Source of the DNA: an uncultured Bacteroidales bacterium
Lineage (GTDB): Bacteria; Bacteroidota; Bacteroidia; Bacteroidales; VadinHA17
Assembly (NCBI GenBank): GCA_937871625.1
Contig: CALMRD010000276.1
Location: 1-58,134, forward strand
Reading direction: 5' to 3'
DNA length: 58,134 bases
Shown piece by piece: positions 1-8,506 of the stretch. Each line of letters begins with the position of its first letter. Position 1 is the first letter of the stretch. A program made the translations under genes and the position numbers. Below the pieces are notes generated by a model. It searched no databases. It worked only from the letters and a program-made list of their open reading frames with translations, and was not told the origin of the DNA.

Positions 1-263
1 CCCTTCCTGGTGGAGGCGTGAAGCGTAAACTGGCTGACAATCATTATCTCACTGCCGGCATCAACGGCCGAGAGGTTCATCACCCCGTTGCTGTCATCGA
101 AAACCCTCAGGTTAACCACCTTTGCTGCCATCCACACAACATCATCAGAAGTGTCGCCCTCTTCAATGCCGGTAAGCACCAGCAGCCCCTTCCCTATGGA
201 AGAGTGGGTCTTCCCCTCAATAGTTACGGAGGCCCTCTTCACTCTCTGTATTACTATTCTCAT
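1..263 (-). CDS. dtd: D-aminoacyl-tRNA deacylase, N-terminal ~87 codons (3' end lies beyond window start)
   Basis: Absent from the ORF track because it runs off the window edge. Reverse-strand translation from ATG 263 gives MRIVIQRVKRASVTIEGKTHSSIGKGLLVLTGIEEGDTSDDVVWMAAKVVNLRVFDDSNGVMNLSAVDAGSEIMIVSQFTLHASTRKG. It carries the conserved Dtd blocks (IQRV, GLLVL-G, MN-S, VSQFTL). An in-frame ATG at 314 would add 17 aa and cover the mntP promoter box, so 263 is preferred. Confidence 0.8.
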   Translation of the reverse strand, partial: MRIVIQRVKRASVTIEGKTHSSIGKGLLVLTGIEEGDTSDDVVWMAAKVVNLRVFDDSNGVMNLSAVDAGSEIMIVSQFTLHASTRK

Positions 264-299
264 ACCGCCAAACAGGGTGGTAAAAATAGCAATTATTAC

Positions 300-307
300 T
301 ATTTTTG
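300..307 (+). promoter_or_regulatory. candidate Bacteroidota -7 promoter box (TATTTTTG) for mntP
   Basis: Matches the TAnnTTTG consensus 17 nt upstream of the mntP ATG. Motif match only. Confidence 0.35.
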
Positions 308-323
308 CGGCCATCATGCAGTT

Positions 324-890
324 ATGGACCTGATCACAATAACAGCAATAGCCCTGGGACTGTCATTCGACAGCTTTGCCGTGTCTCTGTCATGCGGAGT
401 CATCGAGTCCAGGATACGTTTCAGAAATGCCATGAGGATAGCATTTATCCTTGCCCTGTTCCAGGGCGGACTGACGGTGCTCGGCTTCTTCCTGGGATCA
501 ACGGTAAGCGTATACATTGAAAAATATGATCACTGGGTTGCATTTCTCCTTCTGATGTTTCTCGGAATGAGAATGATCATCGGGGGACTTAAAGACGGTT
601 CAGAACGTCAGCCGGTTGACATCAACCGCTGGCCGGTGGTTCTCACCATGGCCATCGGCACAAGCATCGATGCCTTTGCCGTTGGGATCAGCTTCGCTTT
701 TCTGAAGGTGCAGATATGGACCGCCGGCCTGATAATAGGGGCTGTCACCTTCCTGGCATCCATGACTGCAATACGTATCGGCAAGGCAGCCGGTGACCGC
801 CTGGGGTCAAGGGTTGAAATCATCGGAGGAATAATTCTGGCGACAATTGGAATCCGGATCCTGGTTGAACACCTGACTACCGCCTCCTGA
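324..890 (+). CDS. mntP: manganese efflux pump MntP
   Basis: ORF 18..890 trimmed to the internal ATG at 324 (MDLITITAIALGLSFDSFAVSLSCG...). Multi-TM protein with the duplicated SFDSFAV / SIDAFAV motifs typical of MntP/YebN. The first 102 codons of the ORF-track entry are antisense to dtd. Confidence 0.85.
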   Translation: MDLITITAIALGLSFDSFAVSLSCGVIESRIRFRNAMRIAFILALFQGGLTVLGFFLGSTVSVYIEKYDHWVAFLLLMFLGMRMIIGGLKDGSERQPVDINRWPVVLTMAIGTSIDAFAVGISFAFLKVQIWTAGLIIGAVTFLASMTAIRIGKAAGDRLGSRVEIIGGIILATIGIRILVEHLTTAS

Positions 891-982
891 TGTAAGTCGC
901 ACTATCGCAAGGCTGCTGCAAATCCTCCTTATTGCAACTCTGCAGATACCCCTGACAGGCCTGGCACCGTTGTAGCTGCTCT

Positions 983-1016
983 CTCTTCCGGTAATGGCTC
1001 TGCCTTACCGGAGGAG
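983..1016. terminator. candidate bidirectional terminator hairpin between convergent mntP and PHP phosphatase genes
   Basis: 12-bp stem (CTCTTCCGGTAA / TTACCGGAGGAG, one G-U pair) with a 10-nt loop. There is no clear U-tract on either strand, so it is only a candidate. Confidence 0.35.
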
Positions 1017-1065
1017 TAATCCATAATATCCAATTCCCGGGAATATGAAAGTCAGTCAATACTCT

Positions 1066-1854
1066 TCAGAACGGGATCATATATCGTTCCCTGTTCCTGA
1101 AGACAGCCATCTCCCGGTATCCGGCCTGTCTCAGCAGCTCATACGCCTCGTCAAAATATTGTCCTACACGTTCAGGAAAATGAGCATCGGAGTTGACGCA
1201 TACTGGCACTCCCTGTTCAGCAAAGAAAGTGAGGTATCGTCGGTCAGGGTAAAAATCCTGCAGGGGTCTGTTCCGGCCGTTGGTATTCAGCTCGAAGGCA
1301 ACGTCATGAATACGGAAGGCAGCCGCCATAAGCCGGTATAGGTGGCTGATGTCGCCTTCGGGCCGGTAACGGTGGATCCTGACAAGGTCCGGATGACCTA
1401 TGATGTCAAACAGCCCGGTGGCTGCCGCCTCACAGACCAGGTTGAAGTAATTCTCGTATATCAGGTCGATATCCTTTCCGATGTAAAACTCAGGACCCAA
1501 ATCAACTGTCTCATCACCGAGGTAATGTACTGATCCGATGACATAGTCAAAAGGAAAGGACTCTGTTATCTGCATGGCCTCACTGGTTGTACCCGGAATA
1601 TAATCGAGCTCTATGCCCATTCTTATCTCTGTCTCAGGGTATTGTCTCCTCAGTGCCATAATCCGTTCGGCATATTCAGGGAGCCTATCGTGATCCATGC
1701 ACCATTTTGAGTGGATCCCGGAAGGATGTATATGATCTGAGAATCCGATCTCACGGAATCCTTTTGTGATGGCAGAGATCACGCTGGCCTCCGGCTCCTC
1801 CCTTCCGTCACTGAATGTTGTATGTATGTGATAATCGGTTTTGTATAGGGTCAT
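1066..1854 (-). CDS. PHP-domain histidinol-phosphatase family protein (HisJ-like)
   Basis: 262 aa. Has N-terminal DYHIHTTFSDG and further metal-ligand blocks (GFSDHIH, GSVHYL, IIGHPD, NSDAH) typical of the PHP/HisJ family. Confidence 0.8.
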   Translation of the reverse strand: MTLYKTDYHIHTTFSDGREEPEASVISAITKGFREIGFSDHIHPSGIHSKWCMDHDRLPEYAERIMALRRQYPETEIRMGIELDYIPGTTSEAMQITESFPFDYVIGSVHYLGDETVDLGPEFYIGKDIDLIYENYFNLVCEAAATGLFDIIGHPDLVRIHRYRPEGDISHLYRLMAAAFRIHDVAFELNTNGRNRPLQDFYPDRRYLTFFAEQGVPVCVNSDAHFPERVGQYFDEAYELLRQAGYREMAVFRNRERYMIPF

Positions 1855-1880
1855 AAGACAGGCGGTTGAAAGCTAATCCT

Positions 1881-1888
1881 CAAATTTA
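1881..1888 (-). promoter_or_regulatory. candidate -7 promoter box (TAAATTTG on minus strand) for PHP phosphatase gene
   Basis: The reverse complement of CAAATTTA matches TAnnTTTG, 27 nt upstream of ATG 1854. Confidence 0.4.
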
Positions 1889-1921
1889 GAAAAGGTGAAC
1901 GAATTTGTTGACAGATTGTTC

Positions 1922-1929
1922 TAAATTTG
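1922..1929 (+). promoter_or_regulatory. candidate -7 promoter box (TAAATTTG) for Crp/Fnr regulator gene
   Basis: Matches TAnnTTTG 9 nt before ATG 1938. This implies a very short or absent leader, or use of ATG 1947. Confidence 0.4.
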
Positions 1930-1937
1930 CATTATTG

Positions 1938-2645
1938 ATGGCCACGATGACAGAAACACCCAAAAACAAGTGCAATTGTATCTCCTGCGAACTCAGGAAC
2001 GTGGCATTCACAAATCTCAACGAAAAGGATATAAGCCGTATCTGTGAGGCCAGGGAGGAGAGACATTACGCCAGGGGAGAGATAATACACAGGGAGGGAG
2101 ATGCCATTCACGATTTCAAATACCTGAAACACGGTCTGGTAAAGCTATACCGGGTTAACAGCGACGGTGACGAGCAGATCATTACCATTACCCGTCCGCT
2201 TGAGTTCGTCAGCAACACCAATGTTTTCCACGAGACTCATTACCGATACTCCCTGTCCGCCCTTGAAGATTCTGATGTATGCTGCATCCGGCTTGATCTG
2301 ATCAGGGAGTTGATTGAAGAGAACGGCAAGTTTGCTCTCAACCTCATCTCTGTTCTGTCACGTACATCACAGAATATCATTGCCATCGGCCTTGAGATCA
2401 GGCAGCGTAATCTGGCCGGCAGGATAGCATATGTGCTACTCTATTTTGCCAATGAGATATTTCGTTCCATGATATTTGACCTTCCGGTTTCACGCAAGGA
2501 GATAGCCGACTTCATCAGCATGAGTCCTGCCAATGTCATTCGCACCTTCAGCGATTTCCGCCGTGATGGCATAATCAGATCAAACGGCCGCACCATCGAG
2601 ATTACCGACATGAAAAAGCTTGAGGTGATCTCGCGCCGCGGCTGA
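1938..2645 (+). CDS. Crp/Fnr family transcriptional regulator with N-terminal Cys cluster
   Basis: cNMP-binding-type beta-roll plus a C-terminal HTH (RKEIADFISMSPANVIRTFSDFRRDG). The ORF-track start at 1905 is TTG and lies upstream of the predicted -7 box at 1922-1929, so ATG 1938 or 1947 is preferred. Confidence 0.8.
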   Translation: MATMTETPKNKCNCISCELRNVAFTNLNEKDISRICEAREERHYARGEIIHREGDAIHDFKYLKHGLVKLYRVNSDGDEQIITITRPLEFVSNTNVFHETHYRYSLSALEDSDVCCIRLDLIRELIEENGKFALNLISVLSRTSQNIIAIGLEIRQRNLAGRIAYVLLYFANEIFRSMIFDLPVSRKEIADFISMSPANVIRTFSDFRRDGIIRSNGRTIEITDMKKLEVISRRG

Positions 2646-2731
2646 CCACCAGGGCCGGCCTGCTTCCGGGAAAGGAATTTGTAATCAGATATTTTTTAAA
2701 TTACGGACTCAATTTAGTTGGAGGATCCATT

Positions 2732-4264
2732 ATGAAATTACAGCAGTTTTCCGTTCGCGACATACCGCGCAGACGATTTCTTGAACTTACCATGAAGGGA
2801 GGCGTGGCTGTGGCCGTAACGCCGGCACTCCTTTCACAGCTCACCTCATGCGGCCCCGGCACCGCGTCCGTTACCGCCCTTGATGCTGACAGGGATATGA
2901 TCTCCCGGGTATTGAAAAAGGCACTTGAAAAAGGAGGCGACTTTTCGGAGGTTTACATCGAAAACCGCATCTCCAGGCAGATAGTGATGGAGGAATCGAA
3001 ATTCAGGAGCGGACTCTGCGGCATCAGCCAGGGTGCCGGCGTCAGGGTCATCTGCGGAAACAAAACAGGATATGCCTATACCGATGTGGTTGATGAGGAG
3101 AAGCTCATGCGGGCTGCCGAAGTGGCTTCCTATGTTGCATCGGGAGAAACACCAGGCAATGTGGTCAGCCTTACGGATGCCGACTATAGATCGTTTGTGA
3201 CCGTGGAGATGCCTCTTGTGGAGATAGCTGACGAGCAACGCATCGAGATGATCCGCAGGGCCGATACGGCTGCCCTTGAATATGACCCGCGGATAAGGAT
3301 GGCTCTTGTCGATTACTATGACGAGGTCAGGGGCAGGGTCATTGCCAACAGCGAGGGACTTTACCTCCGCGATGAGCTGCCGCTTCTCTTCTTCATCGTC
3401 CAGGCGATGTCGTCTGACGGCCAGGCCAGGCATATGGCAAGAGAGCGTCTCAGCATGCACAGCGGATTCGAGATGTTCTCACATGTGACACCTGAAGAGG
3501 TGGCACGGAATGCTGCACGTGAGGCCATTGCCATGCTCGCCGCAGAAGAGGCCCCGGCAGGCATCATGGACGTGGTGATGCAGAACGGATGGGGCGGCGT
3601 GCTGGTACATGAGGCTGTGGGACACCCCCTCGAAGCTGACAATATAGCAAAAGGAATAGGTGCCTTTACAGGTAAAATGGGACAGAAGGTAGCCAGCGAT
3701 TGCTTTACCATGATTGATGACGGTACCCTGCCAAACTTCAGGGGAACCGTCAACCATGACGACGAAGGGACGCCGGCACAGCGCAACGTGCTGATAGAGA
3801 ACGGGGTGCTGAAAGGTTACATGACGGACATTCTCAGTGCCAGACAGCTAGACATGAAACGGACAGGCAACGGACGCCGGGAGAGCTTCAGGTATATACC
3901 CATACCCAGGATGACCAACACATTCATTGCACAGGGCAAGGACGACCCGACAGAGATACTGGCTTCGACCCGAAAGGGCATTTATGTGCAGAGTCTCAGC
4001 GGCGGGAGTGTCAACCCCGTAACGGGTATGTTCAACTTCACCTGCCGCGAGGCATACCTCATTGAGAACGGTAAAAAGACAGTGCCGGTCAGGGGAGCAA
4101 CACTCATCGGATCTTGCATGGATGTTATTTCAAACATCGATGCGGTGGGCAACGACCTGGCATTCGGACCGGGCATCTGTGGCAAGGGACAGAGCGCCGA
4201 GGTGACAGCCGGACAGCCAACAGTACGTATCAGGGGAATAAATGTAGGCGGCAGTAAAGCTTAG
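2732..4264 (+). CDS. tldD: TldD family metalloprotease (peptidase U62) with twin-arginine signal
   Basis: 510 aa. Contains the HEAVGHPLEAD (HExxxH) motif and overall TldD-like sequence. The N-terminus reads PRRRFLEL followed by a hydrophobic stretch and LTSC. Confidence 0.9.
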   Translation: MKLQQFSVRDIPRRRFLELTMKGGVAVAVTPALLSQLTSCGPGTASVTALDADRDMISRVLKKALEKGGDFSEVYIENRISRQIVMEESKFRSGLCGISQGAGVRVICGNKTGYAYTDVVDEEKLMRAAEVASYVASGETPGNVVSLTDADYRSFVTVEMPLVEIADEQRIEMIRRADTAALEYDPRIRMALVDYYDEVRGRVIANSEGLYLRDELPLLFFIVQAMSSDGQARHMARERLSMHSGFEMFSHVTPEEVARNAAREAIAMLAAEEAPAGIMDVVMQNGWGGVLVHEAVGHPLEADNIAKGIGAFTGKMGQKVASDCFTMIDDGTLPNFRGTVNHDDEGTPAQRNVLIENGVLKGYMTDILSARQLDMKRTGNGRRESFRYIPIPRMTNTFIAQGKDDPTEILASTRKGIYVQSLSGGSVNPVTGMFNFTCREAYLIENGKKTVPVRGATLIGSCMDVISNIDAVGNDLAFGPGICGKGQSAEVTAGQPTVRIRGINVGGSKA

Positions 4265-4288
4265 TGTGAACAATTAACGATCAAAAGA

Positions 4289-5623
4289 ATGAACTATTTA
4301 TCACTTGCAGAGAAACTTGTGTCGAAAGCCCTCAAAGCAGGGGCCGACGCAGCTGAAGTATATATTTCTGCCGGCCGCAACCTGTCGGTGAATATCCTTA
4401 ACGGCGAGATCGAAACCATTGAGGAGGCTGATGCCGCCGGTACAGGCATCAGGGTAATAGCAGGAGGATCACTGGGCTTCAGCTATTGCAACAGCCTTGA
4501 TATGAAATCGCTGGAGCAGACGATAGAGATGGCGGTTAAGTTCGCAAAGCTGACCACCCCGGACGAGAACAATATCCTTCCCGCACTTGACGGCGAGACG
4601 GAAGTCGACGGGTTGTTTGACCCTGAGATAGAAGGTATACCCCTCGACAAAAAGATCGCCATGGCCCTGGAGATAGAGAAGATGGCTATGAGTGACTCCC
4701 GGATCACCAAGAGCTCGGGATCATTCTACGGAGAGGAGGTCACCGAAATATTCATAGCCAGCTCCGGGGGATCGTCCAGGAGCTATAAGGCTTCGGGATG
4801 CTCCTTTGGCGTGAGTGTGGTGGCAGAGAAGGGTAACCAGAAGAAGACAGGGGGAGAATACAGCTCCCGCCGCTTCTTCAGTGATCTTCCGCCTTCCGGT
4901 GAGATTGCGGCAATAGCCGCCCGCAAAGCATTCGAGATGCTTGACCCGCAAATGGTCAGGACACAGAAGGCTGCGGTCATCTTTGATCCTGATGTGGCAG
5001 GTTCGCTGCTGCGCGGTGTCATAGCAGCCCTCAATGGCGAGCGGGTATTGCAGGGCGCCAGCTTCCTGGCCCATTCGCTGGATAAACAGTTTGCCTCACC
5101 ACTTCTGACCATCATTGACGACGGAACAAGATCCCGCTCTTTGGGATCGGCACCCTTCGACGGTGAGGGAGTCCCGACACAACGACGGGTGCTTGTTGAA
5201 AAGGGTGTTGTGAAAGGATTCCTCTACAATTCCATTGCCGCCCGCAGGGCGGGCACCGTCAGCACGGGCAATGCCTCCAGAAACGGCTACAGCTCACTCC
5301 CCGGAATAGGAACACATCATCTCTCGCTTGAGACTGGCAAACAGAGCCGAAGCGAGATAATTGCCGCCACTGACAGGGGACTACTCCTCAACGGCGTCAC
5401 CGGGTACGGGATAGATACTGTAACCGGTAACTTCAGCGGCGGCGCATCAGGCTTCTGGGTTGAGAAGGGTGAGATACTATATCCGGTTGAGGGACTGACC
5501 ATTGCCGGCAGCGGCGATGCCATTCTCAACGGTATAGACATGATGGGTAACGACATCGACATGAACCGGTCTTTTGCCGCTCCCACCTTCCGGGTGAGAG
5601 AGATGCAGATAGGAGGCATCTGA
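4289..5623 (+). CDS. pmbA: PmbA/TldE family protein (peptidase U62, non-catalytic partner)
   Basis: 444 aa with PmbA-like sequence. It has no HExxxH motif and no signal peptide, and starts 24 nt downstream of tldD. Confidence 0.9.
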   Translation: MNYLSLAEKLVSKALKAGADAAEVYISAGRNLSVNILNGEIETIEEADAAGTGIRVIAGGSLGFSYCNSLDMKSLEQTIEMAVKFAKLTTPDENNILPALDGETEVDGLFDPEIEGIPLDKKIAMALEIEKMAMSDSRITKSSGSFYGEEVTEIFIASSGGSSRSYKASGCSFGVSVVAEKGNQKKTGGEYSSRRFFSDLPPSGEIAAIAARKAFEMLDPQMVRTQKAAVIFDPDVAGSLLRGVIAALNGERVLQGASFLAHSLDKQFASPLLTIIDDGTRSRSLGSAPFDGEGVPTQRRVLVEKGVVKGFLYNSIAARRAGTVSTGNASRNGYSSLPGIGTHHLSLETGKQSRSEIIAATDRGLLLNGVTGYGIDTVTGNFSGGASGFWVEKGEILYPVEGLTIAGSGDAILNGIDMMGNDIDMNRSFAAPTFRVREMQIGGI

Positions 5624-5625
5624 TT

Positions 5626-6525
5626 TCAGCAGGCCCTCAGGGCAGATGATATATCGGGATACCTGAATTGAAATCCCGCTGCTGAAAGACGCTCCGCAGA
5701 GACACGGCTTCCTGTTGTCAGCAGCTGGGACATATCTCCCAGGAAGGCACGCAGCAGCCATGCCGGCACATGGGGCAGGAAGAGCGGCAGCCCTTTCTGA
5801 CGGGCCACCTCCCTCATCAGCATATCATGCGTCACATGCTGCGGCGCCACAGCATTGTATGGGCCAGACATGGCACTGTCTTCCAGAGACATATGATACA
5901 CACTGCAGAGATCGTCAATGTGGATCCAGGGGAAATACTGATTCCCCGGCCCCAGCCTCACCACCAGTCCTGCCCTGGTCGGCGCTGTAATCCTGTTCAG
6001 CGCCGAGCCTGATGATGCCAGCACCACTGCGGTCCTCAGCTTCACCGTGCGCACACCTGCCCCGGCGAAACGATCCGCGGCAGCCTCCCACAACCGGCAG
6101 GTCTCGCCGAGAAAATCGCCCGACGGCGGATCAGATTCGGTAAAAATGCTTTCCGAGATCTCCGAGCCGTAATAATTTATACCCGAGGCAGTAATAAAAA
6201 CAGAAGGTATGATGCCCGAGCCGACAGTGATCCTGTGGAGCAGCTCTCCCGTCACTGTACGGCTGCTGATGATCTCTCTCCTCCGGGCTTTGGTCCACCT
6301 CCCCTCACCGATATTGGATCCCGCAAGATGGATTATTGCATCTCCCTCCCGGATCGCATCCTGATCACAGTAGCCGTTCGAAGGGTCCCACCTGAACGAC
6401 TGGTATTTGCCACCCCTGTTCTCTCCGCGTGTGAGATGCACCACATGCCAACCCGCCATTGCAAGCTGATTGCTCAGGTGTGAGCCTATCACTCCTGTTC
6501 CGCCGGTAATTACCACCCTCTGCAT
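5626..6525 (-). CDS. TIGR01777-type (YfcH/SDR39U1-like) NAD-dependent epimerase family protein
   Basis: 299 aa. Has an N-terminal Rossmann motif (ITGGTGVIGSHL) and a DUF1731-like C-terminal tail. Confidence 0.8.
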   Translation of the reverse strand: MQRVVITGGTGVIGSHLSNQLAMAGWHVVHLTRGENRGGKYQSFRWDPSNGYCDQDAIREGDAIIHLAGSNIGEGRWTKARRREIISSRTVTGELLHRITVGSGIIPSVFITASGINYYGSEISESIFTESDPPSGDFLGETCRLWEAAADRFAGAGVRTVKLRTAVVLASSGSALNRITAPTRAGLVVRLGPGNQYFPWIHIDDLCSVYHMSLEDSAMSGPYNAVAPQHVTHDMLMREVARQKGLPLFLPHVPAWLLRAFLGDMSQLLTTGSRVSAERLSAAGFQFRYPDISSALRAC

Positions 6526-6528
6526 CTC

Positions 6529-6951
6529 TCACTCAAATGATTCGATTATCTCAATGGCGTCGCGGATGCATTTCTCGCACACCTTTTCCGTAAGCCCCCT
6601 GGCGGCAATGCGTGATTTTCCCTCACGGCTGTTGAGATCTTCACCCAGCAGGTCAGAGCACTGATCGGATCCGTTTCTCTCATTGAAGATCCTGTTGAAC
6701 TCCCTCACCCTGTCATAAACCCTTCTCTTGTCGCTCTCAGCCGGCAACCCTGCGGCTCCGTATTTCATTCCCAACCATATATATGCGCCTGTCACTGCTC
6801 CGCAGGTCTTCTGAAGCCTTCCCATGCCGCCCCCGAAAGCTGCTGCCGCCCTGGCTGCCGGTTCACTCTCACCGGAGCAGGCCATGAGTACCGACTGCGA
6901 ACAGCTGTAACCCTCCCTGAAGTAGCTGATAGCCTTATCTGTTAAGTTCAT
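6529..6951 (-). CDS. C_GCAxxG_C_C family protein
   Basis: Diagnostic Cys pattern: YSCSQSV, KTCGAVTGA, CSDLL, CIRDA. The ORF-track start at 6966 is TTG inside a TATTTTTG box, so ATG 6951 (MNLTDKAISYF) is preferred. Confidence 0.75.
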   Translation of the reverse strand: MNLTDKAISYFREGYSCSQSVLMACSGESEPAARAAAAFGGGMGRLQKTCGAVTGAYIWLGMKYGAAGLPAESDKRRVYDRVREFNRIFNERNGSDQCSDLLGEDLNSREGKSRIAARGLTEKVCEKCIRDAIEIIESFE

Positions 6952-6963
6952 TCGCTTTTTTTC

Positions 6964-6971
6964 CAAAAATA
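6964..6971 (-). promoter_or_regulatory. candidate -7 promoter box (TATTTTTG on minus strand)
   Basis: The reverse complement of CAAAAATA matches TAnnTTTG, 13 nt upstream of ATG 6951. Confidence 0.35.
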
Positions 6972-7215
6972 ATCAAATGATATGAACCCCCGAGCCCTGA
7001 AATCACAGAACGGAGCAAACTCCGAAAACCTGTACCTGTCCTTTGCGTCCGGCGACTTCGTCGGACGTAGCCGTCAATGTTAGCCGAAGTCCGAAGCTTT
7101 ACGCTAAGGCTGGTTAAAAAAAATAAGGTGGCAGCTGATTCCCTTTTTGATATGACTTTGAAATGTCATAATTTTATCACCTTCAATCAACAGGGATAAA
7201 TCAAAAATTTTCACA

Positions 7216-8421
7216 ATGGCAAATCAGAAAAAAATAAAGGGAGTGATCGGTATTCTTACCGGAGGCGGAGATGTTCCAGGGCTCAACCCTGCCATCAGGG
7301 CAGTGACCATCAGGGCCAACAGGGAAGGTTACAAGGTTATAGGGCTCCGCAGGGGCTGGGCTGGCATCCTGGAGATAGTAAGGGATCCGAAGGTCGACAA
7401 CAGTCAATGTTTTCAGGTGCTCACGGATGATATTGTCAACAAGGCGGGAAGGACAGGCGGCACATACCTGCATACATCACGTACCAGGCCCAGCCATGTT
7501 GCCAGGGCTTATGTCCCCGATCATCTGAAGGATACCTACAAGGATGATATGAATGACCTTACGCCTGAGGTTCTGAAGAACCTTGAGTGGCTGGGTATCG
7601 ATTTCCTGATACCGATCGGTGGTGATGACACTCTCAGTTACGGGGTGCATCTCTACAAGCAGGGGGTGAAGGTAGTTGCCATACCCAAGACGATGGACAA
7701 TGACGTTCCGGGTACGGACTACTGCATTGGATTCAGCACCTGTGTCACCCGTACCATACAGATGACCAACACACTGCGCACCTCGGCGGGGTCACATGAA
7801 CGCATTATGGTGCTTGAGGTGTTCGGCAGGTATGCCGGTTTCACCGCCATGCTGCCAACCATGGCCGGAGCAGCCAACAGGTGCGCCATCCCGGAATACA
7901 AATTTGATATTGAGCTTCTCACCCAGCTGCTGGTAGAAGACCGTAACTCCAACCCGAGCCGGTACTCTATAGTCCTGGTCTCGGAAGGAGCACTCTACAA
8001 AGGCGGAGAGATGATATTCCAGGACAGTGAGCTTGATGCCTACGGCCATGCCAAGCTTGGAGGTATTGGCGATCTTGTCTCTGCCGAAATCAAGGAGCAC
8101 ACCGCAAAATACAACGGCGGCAAAACCATAAATATCATTACACAGAAGCTGGGTTACATGGTCAGGGGCGGTGACCCTGACGCTGTCGACTCAATAGTAC
8201 CGATGGCATTCGGAAACCTGGCCCTCGACCTTATCATGAAGGGCCTGCACGGCAGGGTGGTGGTGCTCAAGAACGGACGCTATGACAATGTGCCCATTGA
8301 CGTGGTCACCTCCTCAAAAAAGGTTGTTAAGGTATCCGAATACTACAACACTGAAAGGCTCAGGCCATACTATTCAAACTTCGAGATGAAGCCGTTCTTC
8401 CTAATGGCGGCAGAATATTGA
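7216..8421 (+). CDS. pfp: 6-phosphofructokinase, probably pyrophosphate-dependent
   Basis: 401 aa of the PFK-A family (GILTGGGDVPGLN, PIGGDDTLSYG, IPKTMDNDV). Asp follows GGD and Lys sits in PKTxDND, the two positions that separate PPi- from ATP-dependent enzymes. Confidence 0.85.
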   Translation: MANQKKIKGVIGILTGGGDVPGLNPAIRAVTIRANREGYKVIGLRRGWAGILEIVRDPKVDNSQCFQVLTDDIVNKAGRTGGTYLHTSRTRPSHVARAYVPDHLKDTYKDDMNDLTPEVLKNLEWLGIDFLIPIGGDDTLSYGVHLYKQGVKVVAIPKTMDNDVPGTDYCIGFSTCVTRTIQMTNTLRTSAGSHERIMVLEVFGRYAGFTAMLPTMAGAANRCAIPEYKFDIELLTQLLVEDRNSNPSRYSIVLVSEGALYKGGEMIFQDSELDAYGHAKLGGIGDLVSAEIKEHTAKYNGGKTINIITQKLGYMVRGGDPDAVDSIVPMAFGNLALDLIMKGLHGRVVVLKNGRYDNVPIDVVTSSKKVVKVSEYYNTERLRPYYSNFEMKPFFLMAAEY

Positions 8422-8448
8422 AAATAATCTCTTCAGATATAAAGGAAG

Positions 8449-8486
8449 GTGATGCCGGATCAAACAGGGCATCACTTTCTTTGTTT
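8449..8486 (+). terminator. rho-independent terminator after pfp
   Basis: 8-bp GC-rich stem GTGATGCC / GGCATCAC with an 11-nt loop, followed by TTTCTTTGTTT. It begins 28 nt after the pfp stop codon. Confidence 0.8.
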
Positions 8487-8506
8487 CAGCGGGAAAAACA
8501 ACGGGG

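Noticed and set aside
18-323. Long N-terminal extension of the mntP ORF (290 aa in the ORF track)
   Set aside because: The first 102 codons are the antisense of a clear dtd gene and contain the mntP -7 box. MntP homology starts at ATG 324.
264-323. yybP-ykoY manganese riboswitch upstream of mntP
   Set aside because: Only about 60 nt separate the dtd start from the mntP start, too short for that riboswitch, and no matching structure was seen.
877-1059. 60-aa minus-strand ORF in the mntP / PHP phosphatase convergent spacer
   Set aside because: It spans the candidate terminator hairpin, has no promoter or start context, and the peptide is basic and Cys/Gln-rich with no recognisable features.
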